Origin: Klebsormidium nitens
Taxonomy: Eukaryota > Plantae > Klebsormidiophyceae
Direction: 5' to 3'
Assembly: GCA_000708835.1 (NCBI GenBank)
Contig: DF236989.1
Location: 1 to 64,000, forward strand
Length of the DNA: 64,000 bases
Shown: in pieces, positions 24,627 to 37,600 of the stretch
Position numbering within the stretch: position 1 is the stretch's first letter
How the letters are laid out: each line of letters opens with the position of its first letter
Position numbers and translations under genes: made by a program
The notes under the pieces: generated by a model
Databases searched by the model: none
Told to the model about the DNA's origin: nothing
Seen by the model: the letters and a program-made list of their open reading frames with translations, nothing else

Positions 24627-27600
24627 TGATGGAGCCAGTTTTGTCAGAATTTTGATCTAGCTAACAACAACATAAGTCCAGTAGGAAACAGAACCTGCAA
24701 ATTTAACTGAGTCTTTAACCTTGCTGCGTACATAATGACGTGACTTTGTGCCTGCCATCATAGTCGGGGTTTCTGGCCAGAGCTTCTGACCGGGAGGATA
24801 CAAGTTGAATGGTTCTTTCTGATATCGTTTGAAGCACGCAATAAGCAGGAGTCAAAAACTAGTCCCATATCGTCGAGGTACATTCTCATCTTGATCGCTC
24901 GTATTTTTCAGCATTTTTTGAAGATGTGGCCTTACTTGAGTTCGAGTGTGGTGTTAGAGCCTGAGCGTGTGGCGCTAATGTCACAAAGACAATCAGCGAA
25001 AGTAGTTTCATTGTAGTCTTTGAAGTGCTATCCACATTGGATTGCAACCTCAGGGGAGGACTGACAGGACATAATATGGCCACAAGGCTGTACGTTCAGT
25101 TTCTTATAGAGGCGTTTTGATCCAAAAGCTGCCGCCTATGTGTGCCACATTGAAGCTCAAACTATGCAGTAAGCAGGCTATTCCATGTTAGTCAGTGTCC
25201 ACTGCGGAGTTGCCAATGCAGACTCACCAACTATAACAGGCTGGATCAGCTTAATTGCGTGAGTCATGCACGCGCTTGAATTAGGTTTGCTATAGATTTA
25301 TAACGTCCGGGCGGCCAAGGACGTTACATAGATTAGTGTCCCATCATTGGCATCTGGCGCAGTCATGTCGAATAGTCATGAAAGGCCATCCTTGTGGATG
25401 GCGATCATTGATTCCAACTCTGGCAGGCTCTTTATATGCATCAATTGACGCGATCGCTCATGCAAGTGCAAGTGCTCAAGTGCCGCTGAAGTCGACTGAT
25501 TGAGCAACATAGCAATTGTGCATGGTGGGTATATGCATGATGGCCCCCAGCCGGCTACGGGCCCTAGCTGCCTGGGGCCGGGGTATTATTGCGATATTGT
25601 GACAGGTGACCGGCCCGCTTTTAGCAGATCGATGGGTAGGCAAATCTGGGTACCCATCAGGCCCAAAGCCACGGTCACTGCAATAAATGGTCCCGATTGA
25701 TGCATCGGATACCGCAGCTGAGCTACCTGCTAACAGATTATCAGCTCACTTCTCGCATATCATGCATTGCATGTCTGCAAAAAGGGGTTAGTCACTTCTT
25801 CGTGTCTGACGATTGTATGACACCATATGTCAGGCTTAAGTGCCGGGGTCCGACTTCGCTGCAATACTGAGCACCGCTGCTGTGTACACGTATAGGCACA
25901 CTTCCACATTGCCCGTATTTCATTCCCCTCGTTGGTGTCTGCTCAGAGCAAGCAAAACGCACTTTAGCTACCAGGAGCAATAGTAGCAGTCCAAGAACCT
26001 CGTAAAGAAGTTGCGCAGTAACGCAGTAACAAAGGAATAAAGATCGCTACCAGTAGCGGAGGCGCCAAGAAATGGTCTGGTTTCCCAACCGTTTAAAGGG
26101 ATGTTGCCCTCATCAGTGGCACACGAAAGGATGAAGAGCTTTGGTGAGACGTTGAACACGACCTGCATTGGGGGCGTAATTTTAGAGGATGATTTGTGGC
26201 TAAAGTATGAAAAGTAGGCAGCCGCTGGAATCTAACCGTTCACTTATCTTTCAGAAGTCGGTTCAGAGGCAGAATCGTATATTGCCTTCCCTCTTTCCGC
26301 ATTGGCTCCGTTTACCATACAAATCATTGCACCGCAGATATATAGACTTATTTCGAAGGTGTTCAATCAAAGTGAAACGAACTCGAGGTTGCAGGGGAGT
26401 TTGTAGCACGCTCCATTTCGTACTACGAACAAATGGGCCAGCCCTGGATCTATGAACCCGTGTCCGTCACTCTCCCTCGCTATGGGCTCTCTCAGTTTCC
26501 CGACCTGGCTGCACTCACACGGATGCTAAAATCAGCACTTCGCTAATTATTCAGAGAAGAACTGACGTCGTCGGACTGAAGACCTCCTTGCTCACTAGAG
26601 GAACCGAAGCGGGACGCTTCTACTCACAGATTTCTGTAACATCCGAACTGAATTAGATCCATACACCTGAGACTTCGATCATTTCTCGACACTCTTCAAA
26701 ATCCTATCTCCGTTCTCATTCATGTGGCCTCGGTGCACGAAATTTTCATAGATCTCCCGATCCACTAACCTCAATACCGGCTCACCGAAAAGTGGAATTG
26801 AAATAAACAAATTATGGAATTATTGCACTTCGCTAGAAACCGAAGGTCCACTTCATGACCAGATGCACAGCTCACGCAACACCTTGGGATGAACGATGGG
26901 TGGCACTTTGGAAATAGCAGTTCGACTCCTGGAATCTGACTAAATGGCACACACTGTCTGAAGCGGACCGCAAAATTCAGAATTTTGATCTGCTCGGTAG
27001 AAACATATTCGTTGACGACGAGAGTCACCTTAGCCCTATTATACCACGTCCTATCGGCACTTGCAAACCAGACGGGCGCCGTTGACACCACTTATTGAGG
27101 ATAAGTGTGGCTCCGTAAACCTTCAGTGCTCTCAACGGGAACGTAATTGGCGGCAGAGTGCATTTGATAATCATTGACGGGTTTCAGGCTAGGGGCCGTG
27201 GAAATCTATTTGTGTTCCAGTCCCATTTGCCTTCCCTGATACTAGGCGTTTAGGCGGGCCACATGAATTGACGTCGATCAGACCGGCCCTGCATCACGGG
27301 CCGCTTGCAGGCGCGGGCCAATATATGGGCGAACAGCTGAACAGTGACATGGTTTGCATTTTGAAACACTTTAATTGCTGATCAGCTGCACCATTGCGTT
27401 GCCAGTGGCTTGATCAGAACCACTGCGGTCATCAGATCCCCGAAGATGCACTGATGTCGGATTCCAGTCAATTTTTCGCGGCAAGTTGGCAAAGCAGCGG
27501 GGGTGCGCTGAGCTGGTTCTGGGGGCGGCGCCCCGAGACCAGGTGTACAACTGGCTCGGAATCGGTTTGGGCCAACCGGGCGACGTTTTCCCGCTTTGGG

Positions 27601-28102
27601 AGACCCTGACCCGACTTGGCGGACCGCACCCCGGGCAAGCTTAGTAATCCTTCAGGCCGAGCGGGCAGGGTACTCACTTAAAAGGAAATCTGAATCAAGT
27701 GAACCAGAGGGTATCAAGCAAGACAGAGTCCGAGTGAGAGCTTGTATGGTCAGCGCAAAAAGAACAGTTGATTACCCATTGCGATCAGCAAAAGTACCGT
27801 GACCAGAAAATGTCTCTCACCGCAATCTGGCAACCTACTATCTCGAGCAATTGAAAGGGAAGTTTCTACATCACAGTACTAAGTAATCTTGTGTTGAAGC
27901 GGCAATGACCTAAGTACTTTTGCAAGCAGTGACTTCTACCTACTTCTAGCCAGCTCGCGCTGGATTTGATTGTAGTCACAATCGTTTTTTTGGCTTCCGA
28001 TTCCTCTGCTTTATCACGCGACCATACCGGTATTAGCATTCATCGGACTTCGCCCATCATGGTTAGGCGCAGTGCCTTGAAACCTAGTTATGTTTCCTGC
28101 AG

Positions 28103-29480
28103 ACATGGGTGACTTACCTACTTCTTGGCAACAGATCTAACCCGGGTCGCTTGTGAATACGTCATCTGAGCATGTCGAAGAAAGGCCGCTGCCCCGCCTC
28201 GACTAGGCACGTCGTACCTGGTCCCGCCACCTGGCAGGCGCTGAGGCGCTGCGTTGGACGCGGCGCTTACCTCGGCTCGCACACCAGTTTGCAACGTACT
28301 ATGATCATAATACTGGTACGACGGCACTACACATCTGAGGTAGGTACTACGGTACAAACCTCATAGGATTCGCATCCATTAAGGGGTATCGTCCTGTAGA
28401 GATTCCGCTCATGTAGTCCATGCAAGTCATGCAGTGCAGATCATAGAGAAGTCGATGCAAAAGTTTCAGCTGATCAGATGATGAGATGCATCATGATCAG
28501 TTTTACTGGACAGCTGAAGTTTTACCGGAGCACTGTCCTTGCACTGACCTCGCACCGTCGCGAGCTGTTGACTTTCAGCTGGCCGAAGACACAGCTGTGT
28601 ACACTGTGCAGTGTGGACCTGTCCACAAGTTGAACGTACGGTAGGTAATTGCACCTTGCCGTATCACAACAGTATCAAGTGTTTTCCTGATTCCTGATTT
28701 CTGACGCAAACCGGTAGGATCTGGGTACCATCCAACTTCATGCAGCCTGCAGGGATGCTGAGGGCGCAGGCTGCAGCACAGGCAATGATTGTTCCGGCTC
28801 GGTACGACCGCTCCGGAGTCCGGATAAGACCGGACTCAGACCGAGTCTGCATGGCCACGCGGGCCACGGCGAGAGCCGCGGGGGAGTACGCGGCGACCTC
28901 AAGACATGGACGCCGAGTACCGTGTCGCTACTTCTAGTATGTCGTCATAGGCACAGCGACCAACATAACTATGTCCCGTACAGGTTTCTACTGTTCGGAC
29001 TGAGACTTCGACGTCGGCGGACTACGGAGTCCGGACTCTAGTAGAGTCTCTACCACAAGTTACAACGTAATAATGATAATGTATCTCAGGCTCACTGCTC
29101 AGCCTCACACAATGTCCTACAACTCCCCTTTTGTATGCGGCTTGTCGTATCCTGTTTCCTGAGTCAGTATTCATGATTCATCACGTCAATATCGACATCC
29201 TATCACAGTAGTACTACTAGTACTACCTGCTCGGGACTAGCCGCATAAATTACTAGCTAGATTCCGCATGCAGACTTAGATTCCGCAGGCTTAGGTAGTC
29301 TTATGGTTTCTATAGTCCTGCAGTAGGTCAAAGATAGTCTATACCTAGTAGGTACTACGGTAACCTGCATTGTTCCTGTAGGTTCAGGAAGTCCATGAAG
29401 AAGGCCGCCCGCCAACGTCGTCTTCTCAGGATTGATACTAGTGCATGATAATATTGTGCCGTATATAGTGCACCTTAATG
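28103..29480. pseudogene. Degenerate coding or transposon relic with TpA-enriched composition
   Basis: An exon-like block 28103-28339 is bounded by TTTCCTGCAG and GTAGGT and has GC3-rich frames broken by stops. The downstream tract has runs of TAA/TAG. No family recognised. Confidence 0.35.
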
Positions 29481-30067
29481 TTTTGCTCCGTTCACCATCT
29501 TTCATTTTGCGAACCTTCTTCTCATACACTCTTCCAGCTCTTCTTTCAAGAGAGAGTCCCCCCTTGCATCACTGCAAACACCGGCGCTGAAGTATCACAG
29601 GGCTGTAAGCTCCCAGCATTCGAGCTCTGACCTCCCTGTTTTGCGGGTGTTGTGCTGGCTGTTTCTACAAGAACGCGCTATAGTCGAAGGTGAGTAAACC
29701 GCCGCTGAATGTGGCTCTTGTAAGCGTTACTGAGGCTCGTCTTGAACTCAGTCACCTAAAGGTCTTGTCCTGCTTGACCGCTGTTCTTGTAGCAAAGCTT
29801 GCATGAGATTGCTGGTCCTGTTTACGCTTTATTGCTCAAGCTCTATATACCCTTCATGTGGAGCTTCAGTCCTGAAGGCAAGTTTTGCTCTAACGTGCCT
29901 CTTAGCAGCCTTCCACTTTCCACAATTGTTTTCTATTTCGCTCAATATTTAGTAACTATTGCTGCTTTCTACAGTAGACTTCCAACGGCCTAATCATCTG
30001 TTAGCCTCGACAACTTTGCAGATAGCAACACTTCAGGATCAGCTGGTCATCAGAGCACCGTCCGACC

Positions 30068-31570
30068 ATGGCTTCTCAAAGAGCATTTGTGCAAGCCCTT
30101 GTGCTTGGAGCACTTCTATTCTTCACTGGCCCTGCCGCCGCAGCTCGCGCCTTGGAGGACGGTGAGCCCGGCCGCAAAGTTTTTTGAAGCAGAAAAGTGC
30201 CAAGGCATCTGGCCCGGCTGCTCTGCACTAATTCGGACCTGATGTGTCAGACCCTAGCAAAATGAGGTCAGGCGAAATCAAACCTAGCTACCTTCGTTCT
30301 TTGTTCAATTGATTCATTGGCGCCAGCTTGTAGCGCACGTTGCCTTTGGCCTCTCATCCGCTTGGCTTGTTGGATCTCACGCCACTGACCCAAAGAACTT
30401 GACGGGGAAAGGGGCAATGCGAGCATCCAATGAGCTGAAACTAGTTCCATGACCTAAGCATACGCCGGAGTTGGATGCTCAGCAACAAGTTCTGGTGTGC
30501 TGCTGTACAGAGAGTTTTGGGTGGGCCCCAGACCTGACTCTTAGCTTACTGGACAGCCTGTAATCGGGCTTCGACATACTTCTAAGCTAGCTAGTTACCG
30601 CCCAAGTTTTTGTTACTGGACATATCACCACTTTCTGACTGTCTGACCACTTTCTGTAGAACCAGCCCGGAACCATCCTTGGTTAAGGACCAAACCCTCC
30701 TGTGCTGCATCGAAGGGAATCTCAGCTTGTAGTCTTGTACTGCAGACGGTTCTGCTGAGCTCAAGGAGGACGCATTCCAGCCCCTCTTTTCCATCACCTC
30801 CGAAAACGAGGTTCCGGAAGAAGACATCGCGGTCTCAGCTTCCAACTCGAACTTTGTCGCAAATGGAGGCAGCCAGAGCGTGTGCCAGACCATCTGCAAG
30901 AACGAGGTGGGCTGAACGCTTCTGCAGCATTCAACTTTGTGCTGGACAAAGGCGCCATGTCTTTATGTCTCTGTGCTTTCTGCACCCATTGTTGCTGACA
31001 TCCTTGGCTGCTCATTCTGGTTCTTGAGTTCTAAACTTCAGGAGATCTAAAGACCTTATTGATGACCAAACCAGGTGGTCTTATGGCCCTAAGCAAAGCC
31101 TACTTGCATACAACGGAAATTTATTCCAGGCTGCTACTGCTGCTCTATCATAGGACGTCAGCTCTCTTATACGCTTGTGGGGGAATCGTCCTGCCCCTCC
31201 GACTTCCAATCCTTCCGTTTCTTTGTTCTAGGGGGATACGCTTTAGCCGGAAGGTCTACAAAAATTTGCGTGTTCTCCCCTTGTCCAGGTAAAAGTAAAC
31301 TTCTTTTCCGAGGCGACTGGCTACAAGAGCAGCCTCGACTTCGACTTCTTCTACAGCCCAGGCGGCGAAAAGTGCTCAAACGACGGCATTTGGTGCGTCA
31401 GGCTCCGCAGCTTTGACGGGGGCGCCGCAAAGGTTTCCGCCCAATTCCGGTACGGCGGCAGGACCTCCTCCTGGGTGACCCTGCGAGGCAAGGCGAAGTG
31501 TGGCTCCACCGGAACGCCCCAACGCGAAACCTGCCGTGCGACCTTCAAAGACGCCTTTTTCAACTTCTGA
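30068..31570 (+). CDS. Small secreted protein (~178 aa, 6 Cys) of unknown family; 3 coding exons
   Basis: Exons 30068-30161, 30746-30906, 31289-31570 with canonical GT-AG sites and matching phases (537 nt). N-terminus MASQRAFVQALVLGALLFFTGPAAAARA looks like a signal peptide. Last exon is GC3-rich: VKVNFFSEATGYKSSLDFDFFYSPGGEKCSNDGIWCVRLRSFDGG...FFNF*. Confidence 0.8.
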
Positions 31571-33025
31571 GCGCCATTTCACTGGACAAACGTCATTTTG
31601 TGCTCTATTTTAGTTTTTCCAAAGTTTTCGTTTGATGGACACCCACATAGTACGTTAGTTCTTGGAGGTTGTGCTTGGGGTGACTTCTGATTGGCCGTAA
31701 AGCGCAGAGACAGGGACGTTAGGCACTTATGATGAAGCCACTTGAGCACCCCATGGTCCTCTACGAGTCTTTCACGCAACTCGATAGAATATCACTAGCA
31801 TCTGCCAGATAAGCCCGTAAAGACTGAGAGGATTCCACACAGGGAGGGCAACAAAGAATGGTCGCCCTCGCTAAACACACGGTAGATCGGCAACTTGCAC
31901 TGTTATTTCAAAAACATGGATTTATAGTGAGCTTGAAAAATGATATAGTGATCTTGAAAATTGATAGCTCATGGCCAGATGTCTTGGATGTGTTGTTCGG
32001 ACTCTCAACTTGATCGGCGGCCGGCCATAGTCTGCAGTCACAGCGTCTGTTGATTGTACTGCTTGGACGCTTTGAAACAGACGTGTATAATCCGATCAAA
32101 CTGTGTGCTAGTTTTGTGCCTACCGTGTTTATATGGTTGAATGCATATCATTTGCTTGCCCGGCCAACGAGCCTGAGCTATACTAACGATATACCCGGTG
32201 CAGCAAGGCGCCCACAATAGTTGAGCACACCCGCGGCTGAACTGGGCGCTTCGCCAGTGTATATGTTGTAGAAGAAACTCTGCACATAGAGCTTTTGCAT
32301 CCTATCATGGTACTGCATGTGGCCCGGCGGCGGCCTTGCGCATGCATGTGGATGATATATCGATAGTGACGGTCACGCTGCGGGGACACGCAATATTTTG
32401 CGTGGGCCGTCACATGGCGACTAGCTAGCACATGCACATGCGTAAGAAGCCTTAGTGCGACGAGCCCATGCGCGCCTGAGACATCGAGTTTGACTTTGAA
32501 GTGGGCAGCCGTACATGATGATCATGTTCGACCGGCGACGGTCGCAAGTTGGGCCCGTTACGGTGCATTGGGCCTGGTTTCGAAGTTCAGACTCCATAGC
32601 GTTCTAGAAGTAGCGCGCGACCATGCCCCTAACTCGGAGGCCGTAGAAGCCACCACTCCAGATCTCAAAAAAGATTGCCGCGCAGGATAAGGTAGTTTCA
32701 GCCGTCAAAAAGTCCATCGACGGTGCAAACGTGCCTCAGCCATACAGCAGGCAGAAAGTAGTGTCAATTGCGGGGCAAAAATGCTCTGCGCGTGCACAGT
32801 GTGGCTGCGCGTGCACAGTGTGCATTTTACCGTACCGCCGCACTAGCAAAATGTTACCGGAGGCCACGCGTCGCATCCATCGACTACCAAATATACCACG
32901 CGGTCCAAACCTGTCAGATTGCGCAGAGGTACCGTACGGTTACGGAGTCCAGCGGACTCCGACTCCAGCCTCTACGGTCAATGTACAACTGATTTGACGT
33001 TGGGCGGTATCCATAGACCGCCGCG

Positions 33026-33406
33026 CAGAGATCGTGGCGCAACCTAATTGATTGCGCCAATCAGGTTTGCACCCCATTTCGCCAATATTCCGCCCAGAGC
33101 CCCTATTTCGCCAACCCGGCGCAATTCTCACAAGATTCCGCTTATATGTACATAAGATAGCAGTTTGGTGACCAAAGTTGGTCAAAATCAGACCGAGAAC
33201 AGTCGATATCGCGGTTTTGGCTCGGGGAATCGACTTCGGAGGTTCTGCATATTGCGTTCATAGATTTGTATAAGGAAGGGGTAGGTTGCAGCATAAGCGG
33301 CAAGCTGAAGGCCCTCGTATTTCGCCAATTTCGCCGAATTGCGCCAATTAGTGCATTTTGAATTAGGGTTAGTGCATAGTGGGTTTGCATTTCGCCACGA
33401 TCTCTG
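33026..33406. mobile_element. hAT-type MITE (381 bp)
   Basis: Perfect 14-bp TIR CAGAGATCGTGGCG / CGCCACGATCTCTG. 8-bp TSD CCGCCGCG at 33018-33025 and 33407-33414. Subterminal TTTCGCCAA repeats and no ORF. Confidence 0.9.
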
Positions 33407-34324
33407 CCGCCGCGCGAAAACTCGTAGAGGCCGCGCCGATTACAAATTGTTGCCAGTGACTCGACTCGGCCGGTCGCGACTCGCACGGTGGAACATTCAC
33501 CGGGGGTAGACTCTGAGTGTCACAGGTATATGAAGTTACGGGCGGACATAGTGGTCGGGAGCAATTTGATTTCCCGGTCCTTGTGTTTGGAGCTCAGCTG
33601 CCCCTAACACTGCCGCCGAACCTTATCCTGCGAACGAATCTTATCCCAAGTCCCCGACCACTTCTCCATCAAGCAACCGGGCTGAGTTAGGGGCATGGTC
33701 GCAAGCTACTTCTAGAACGCTATGAGAGCTGTTCACTGAACATTGTTCACAGTGCATGATCTAGAGCTTTTCTTCTCACAAGTTGGGCCCTATTCATTCT
33801 TGCATGCTGAGGTGTGCATGTTGTGACCGCGCGGCCCAAAACAATTGAACGAACTGCACCGAGCTCAGATTCCCAGGAAAGATCTGCACATCAATCATGG
33901 TGCACAGATTTCCGTTGGCAGATTAAGCACTCACTGCTGTACATTCGGGCCTTCTAGGGTACTACTTTTAGCACACAATTGGCCCACGAAAAGTCTACGC
34001 GGCTCAACTAATTGAAAGCGAATCTGTTGATGTCAACCCTATCAGAGATACACAACTCTCACTACGCTCGTGGAACTCTCTGCGCACTATCGTTTACAAT
34101 CAAAGGCTAAAACTCGACATAAGCATAAAGTTCTCTACCCCAAGCAATAAATGTTTGGACCGGCTTGTTTCACGATGTAAGCTCTTCCTGGCTCATGTCT
34201 ACGTTACAAATCTGAATCTACAAAACGGCATGTTTTGTCTCCGATACCTCCAGCCTTCACCTACGACTACCTAATTCTCGCTACTGCACATGTAACGTTT
34301 CCCCAACGAAAGCCCGTCCAGAAC

Positions 34325-34662
34325 CCACTTCCCCTGCCTAGGTCTGCTTCCCCCTAGAATTGGCTAATCCCCCGTCGGCTTCCCGAGTGACTAGCTTGTC
34401 TCTAGGCTGGTTCCTGCGTAATGAGCTAGTTCTCGGACTGCTTCCTTAGTACTGGCTAAGTTCCGGTCTACTTCCCCCATAAATGACTCGCTAGTCCCTC
34501 CCCCATGACTAGGTGAATTTCTTCGCGACTATTCATCCCCGTGACCGGCTAATGCCAATTGTGTTCCCCCTACAATAACCCGTTGACCCCCAAACTGCTT
34601 TCCCCATAACGACTCGCTAGTCTCCCGTTTGCTTCCCCTTACAATTGGCTAGTCCGTGGCCT
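34325..34662. repeat. Degenerate minisatellite (~30-35 bp unit, ~10 copies) just downstream of the pyruvate kinase stop
   Basis: Recurring CTGCTTCCCC...A(A/C)TGGCTAGTCCC units, for example CTGCTTCCCCCTAGAATTGGCTAATCC and TTGCTTCCCCTTACAATTGGCTAGTCC. Confidence 0.75.
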
Positions 34663-34686
34663 GCGGCCCGTTTCCTCCCGCCCCGG

Positions 34687-37600
34687 TCAGGCGCTATCTG
34701 CCAGGAGGTGCGGGTGGTCGAACGGGTGGCTGACCTTGAGGCTGCGCAGGAGCGCGCGCTTCTTCTTCTGGTGCGAGTGCATCCGCTTCAGGATGTCGTG
34801 CAGCGTCGCCGTGGCGGCTACGATGTGCGGGCCCTTGTTCTGCCACGTCACAGCGGGATGAGCATCAGAACGGCCAGGCAGACTGACAGCTCGACACTCG
34901 TTTCACCACATGATCACCAGAGGATCCAGAACATGAGAACGTACTTCCAAGGTCAGGGCGGCTTTACATGCATCGGCACAGGTAATCTCAGTTTCGTTCC
35001 GCCGCACGAAGCTATGCCGTTAACCAGACCCCGTCCGGTTTTTGAGAGCGATTGCAGTTGTAACAGCCTGGGTTCCTTACATATGCAACCAAGCGTGATC
35101 CAAAGCAAATCGCGATTGCTTGAAACACTCCGGCGAGATAGACGAGCAAAGCGCTAGAGCCCGCGCTTGCGTCCCCTTACCAGCATAACGCACTCGGCGC
35201 GCTCCCCCATGGCGGCATCCGTAATTTCCGCACGGCTGGGTAGGCCGGATTTGGCGAGCCCCTCCAGTACCTGCGAACACAGGGGTCAAGTTAGTTGGAG
35301 CATCGAGGCACACATGCCCAGTGCATATGACATCAGCAACCAATCGGATATGGCTTTCGGGCACGCCTGAGTGCATACGTCAGCAACCAATGGATTTCGG
35401 GCACGCGTGGCCACGGCCTGCCTCAGAGTCTCGGAGACTCGTTGTTTTCTTTATGAGACTTCAGTTTTTAAAGCATCAGCGGTACAAAAAGTAAGACCGC
35501 CAGCCTGAAACAGGTGGGGTCATAGTGGGGTTCTGTGTGGTAGTGATGCGAAGCGGAGGGGATGACGGTTGCGGTTTAGAGCTTAGCCTGCGAGCTGCCT
35601 AATCCTCGATCTTACTATTCAATAATCACTGGGTTCTTGTCTTTTCTGAGGTGCAACTCGGAACAATGACCACAATCGTGCTGCCTGAGTCCACCTTGTG
35701 ATGAGCAGAGACAACGCTGGACGCCCAAAACTGAGCGAGTTTCTCTGCTTGCTTCCTAACACCTTGCGCGGCAAAGGAGAGGTCAGCATCCAGCTAAATA
35801 TCCGAGTTCCTTCGATAAGCTTAAGCGCTAATACTGGGAAGGGTGAGGTTAGCAAAGGGGTACGGAGCAGGTTCAAAATTGGGTCGAGGATTTCAGTGTT
35901 AGCTACGTTCTTAATAAAACCTGAGCTTGTTTGCTATCCTCGAGAGCTAAGGCGCTGACCTGGGTGGCCCACACGACGGGCACGTGTGCGGCTTCGCACA
36001 GCCACAGGACCTCCTCCTGAATTTCCGCTGCAAAAACGGAAAGCAGATTGGGCCTTGGATGCAAGCACGTGGGTTAAGGAAACAAAACATCCCGAGTTTC
36101 ATAACGGGAGACCTTTCGGAGCAACGGGGAAGCTAGAGCGTAGGAGTGCGGGAGTTAGATTCCAGCACAAAATTGGATGCGGCAAGTAGACAGGCAGGGT
36201 GTTGGGGACCTAGATAGAGAACACGAAGAGCAAGCACATGGAGGACAATCAAAATTCCGGACTCATCTCGTTGACGAGACTGTGTAGCGACGACGCCTCA
36301 CAAGTGCGAAACATTTTTAGAAGATTTCCAAAGCCTTTCGGCTGACCGTCTTGATCGCGACCTACTGGCCCAAATCACACCTCTCAAAGCTCAACCAAAA
36401 CACTCCGCAGACTTATGCAATCTAATTTTGGACCAATTTCCAAAACTTACCGGCCACAATTGACAAGCCTGAAAGAAGAACGCCGCACTGGAGCCTTCTT
36501 TAAGCAAGCCCCCGGAGTTACAACCGCGACTGTCTTTGCGAGAAAATCTTGAACGTGACGCTCGCCCGTTACTCACCGAGGCGCTCCCAGCCAATCTCCA
36601 CTGCCAGATCGCCCCGAGCGATCATGACCCCCACCGGGTTGCTCGTCTGCATGCACGTCAGGAGCAGCCACGGCAGCTGCTGAAACGCGCGCTTCGTCTC
36701 GATCTGCCACGCAAGAAGGAAAAGTCAACAGGGTACTAGCCGCAGCCACTTCTCGGGTCGTTGTGTCAGTCACTGGCTTTCCAATAAGCACGACAGGTCG
36801 CTCAAGCAACAGTCAATCACAGTGTCTCAAGATTTAGACGCCATCTCCCAAGGCTTGACGTTTGATGGAGTGGTCTTGAGCGGTGAGTGAGTGTATGCGA
36901 CCGAAAGTTGGTGGTTTATGAGTATACTTTGGAAGTACTGCTCTCCTTCTTTATTGCTCCCGTCCCTGATCCGTTGCGGTGGAAGTCGTCTATTGCCAAA
37001 CCCGTGCAATCGAACCCAACTCAGCGATCCCAAAGTCCATTCGATCACCCCCATTCGTCCCACCTTCTCTGCTCTGACTAACACCAACCATCATCTACTC
37101 TTCCTTCAAGTCACTTTTTCCTTACTGAAAGACTACCTTGTCGTCATGCTCACGTCAGCTCCCCCTCACCTTGAGCACGATGCCCACGTGGCTTGCGTTC
37201 CTGGCCGCCAGCTCGGCCTGGAGGCTGCGCACGTCGGCGGGATCGTTGACGAAGGAGAAGCCGACCATGTGCGCGTGTTCCGCGATGAAGTCCAGATCCG
37301 CGATGTCCTTTGCCGTCAGCCCACCCACGCCGAGCGCGCTTTCCGGCAGGTTGATCGCCTTGTCCGCTTTGAGCTTGCTGCAACAGGAAGATTGGCCGGC
37401 TTTTGTCGCTTTGAGTGTTGCAATCAAGTACCAGTGGAATCGTACTTCATTACGGCGACCAGTCAAGCACTGCGATCGATCCTATTCCGGTTGGGGGCTG
37501 AGACCACTGGGCTTTTCTTCTTGGGGAATGTTGCTCAAGTGCGACATCATGACATTAAGCTAGCTATGTACTCCAGCTTTTCTGCACTTTAGTCCAGCGT

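Noticed and set aside
24886-25083. 65-aa minus ORF with a signal-peptide-like stretch (MKLLSLIVFVTLAPHAQA)
   Set aside because: It lies antisense in the likely COX17 3' region, with no splice support, codon bias or recognisable domain.
28280-28340. ILVRRHYTS segment reminiscent of a tyrosine recombinase H-x-x-R box
   Set aside because: It is too short and degenerate, and no other catalytic motifs were found.
30591-31582. Minus-strand ORFs (102, 70 and 68 aa), including a possible TGA readthrough
   Set aside because: They are antisense shadows of the plus-strand secreted-protein exons, which have canonical splice sites and a signal peptide.
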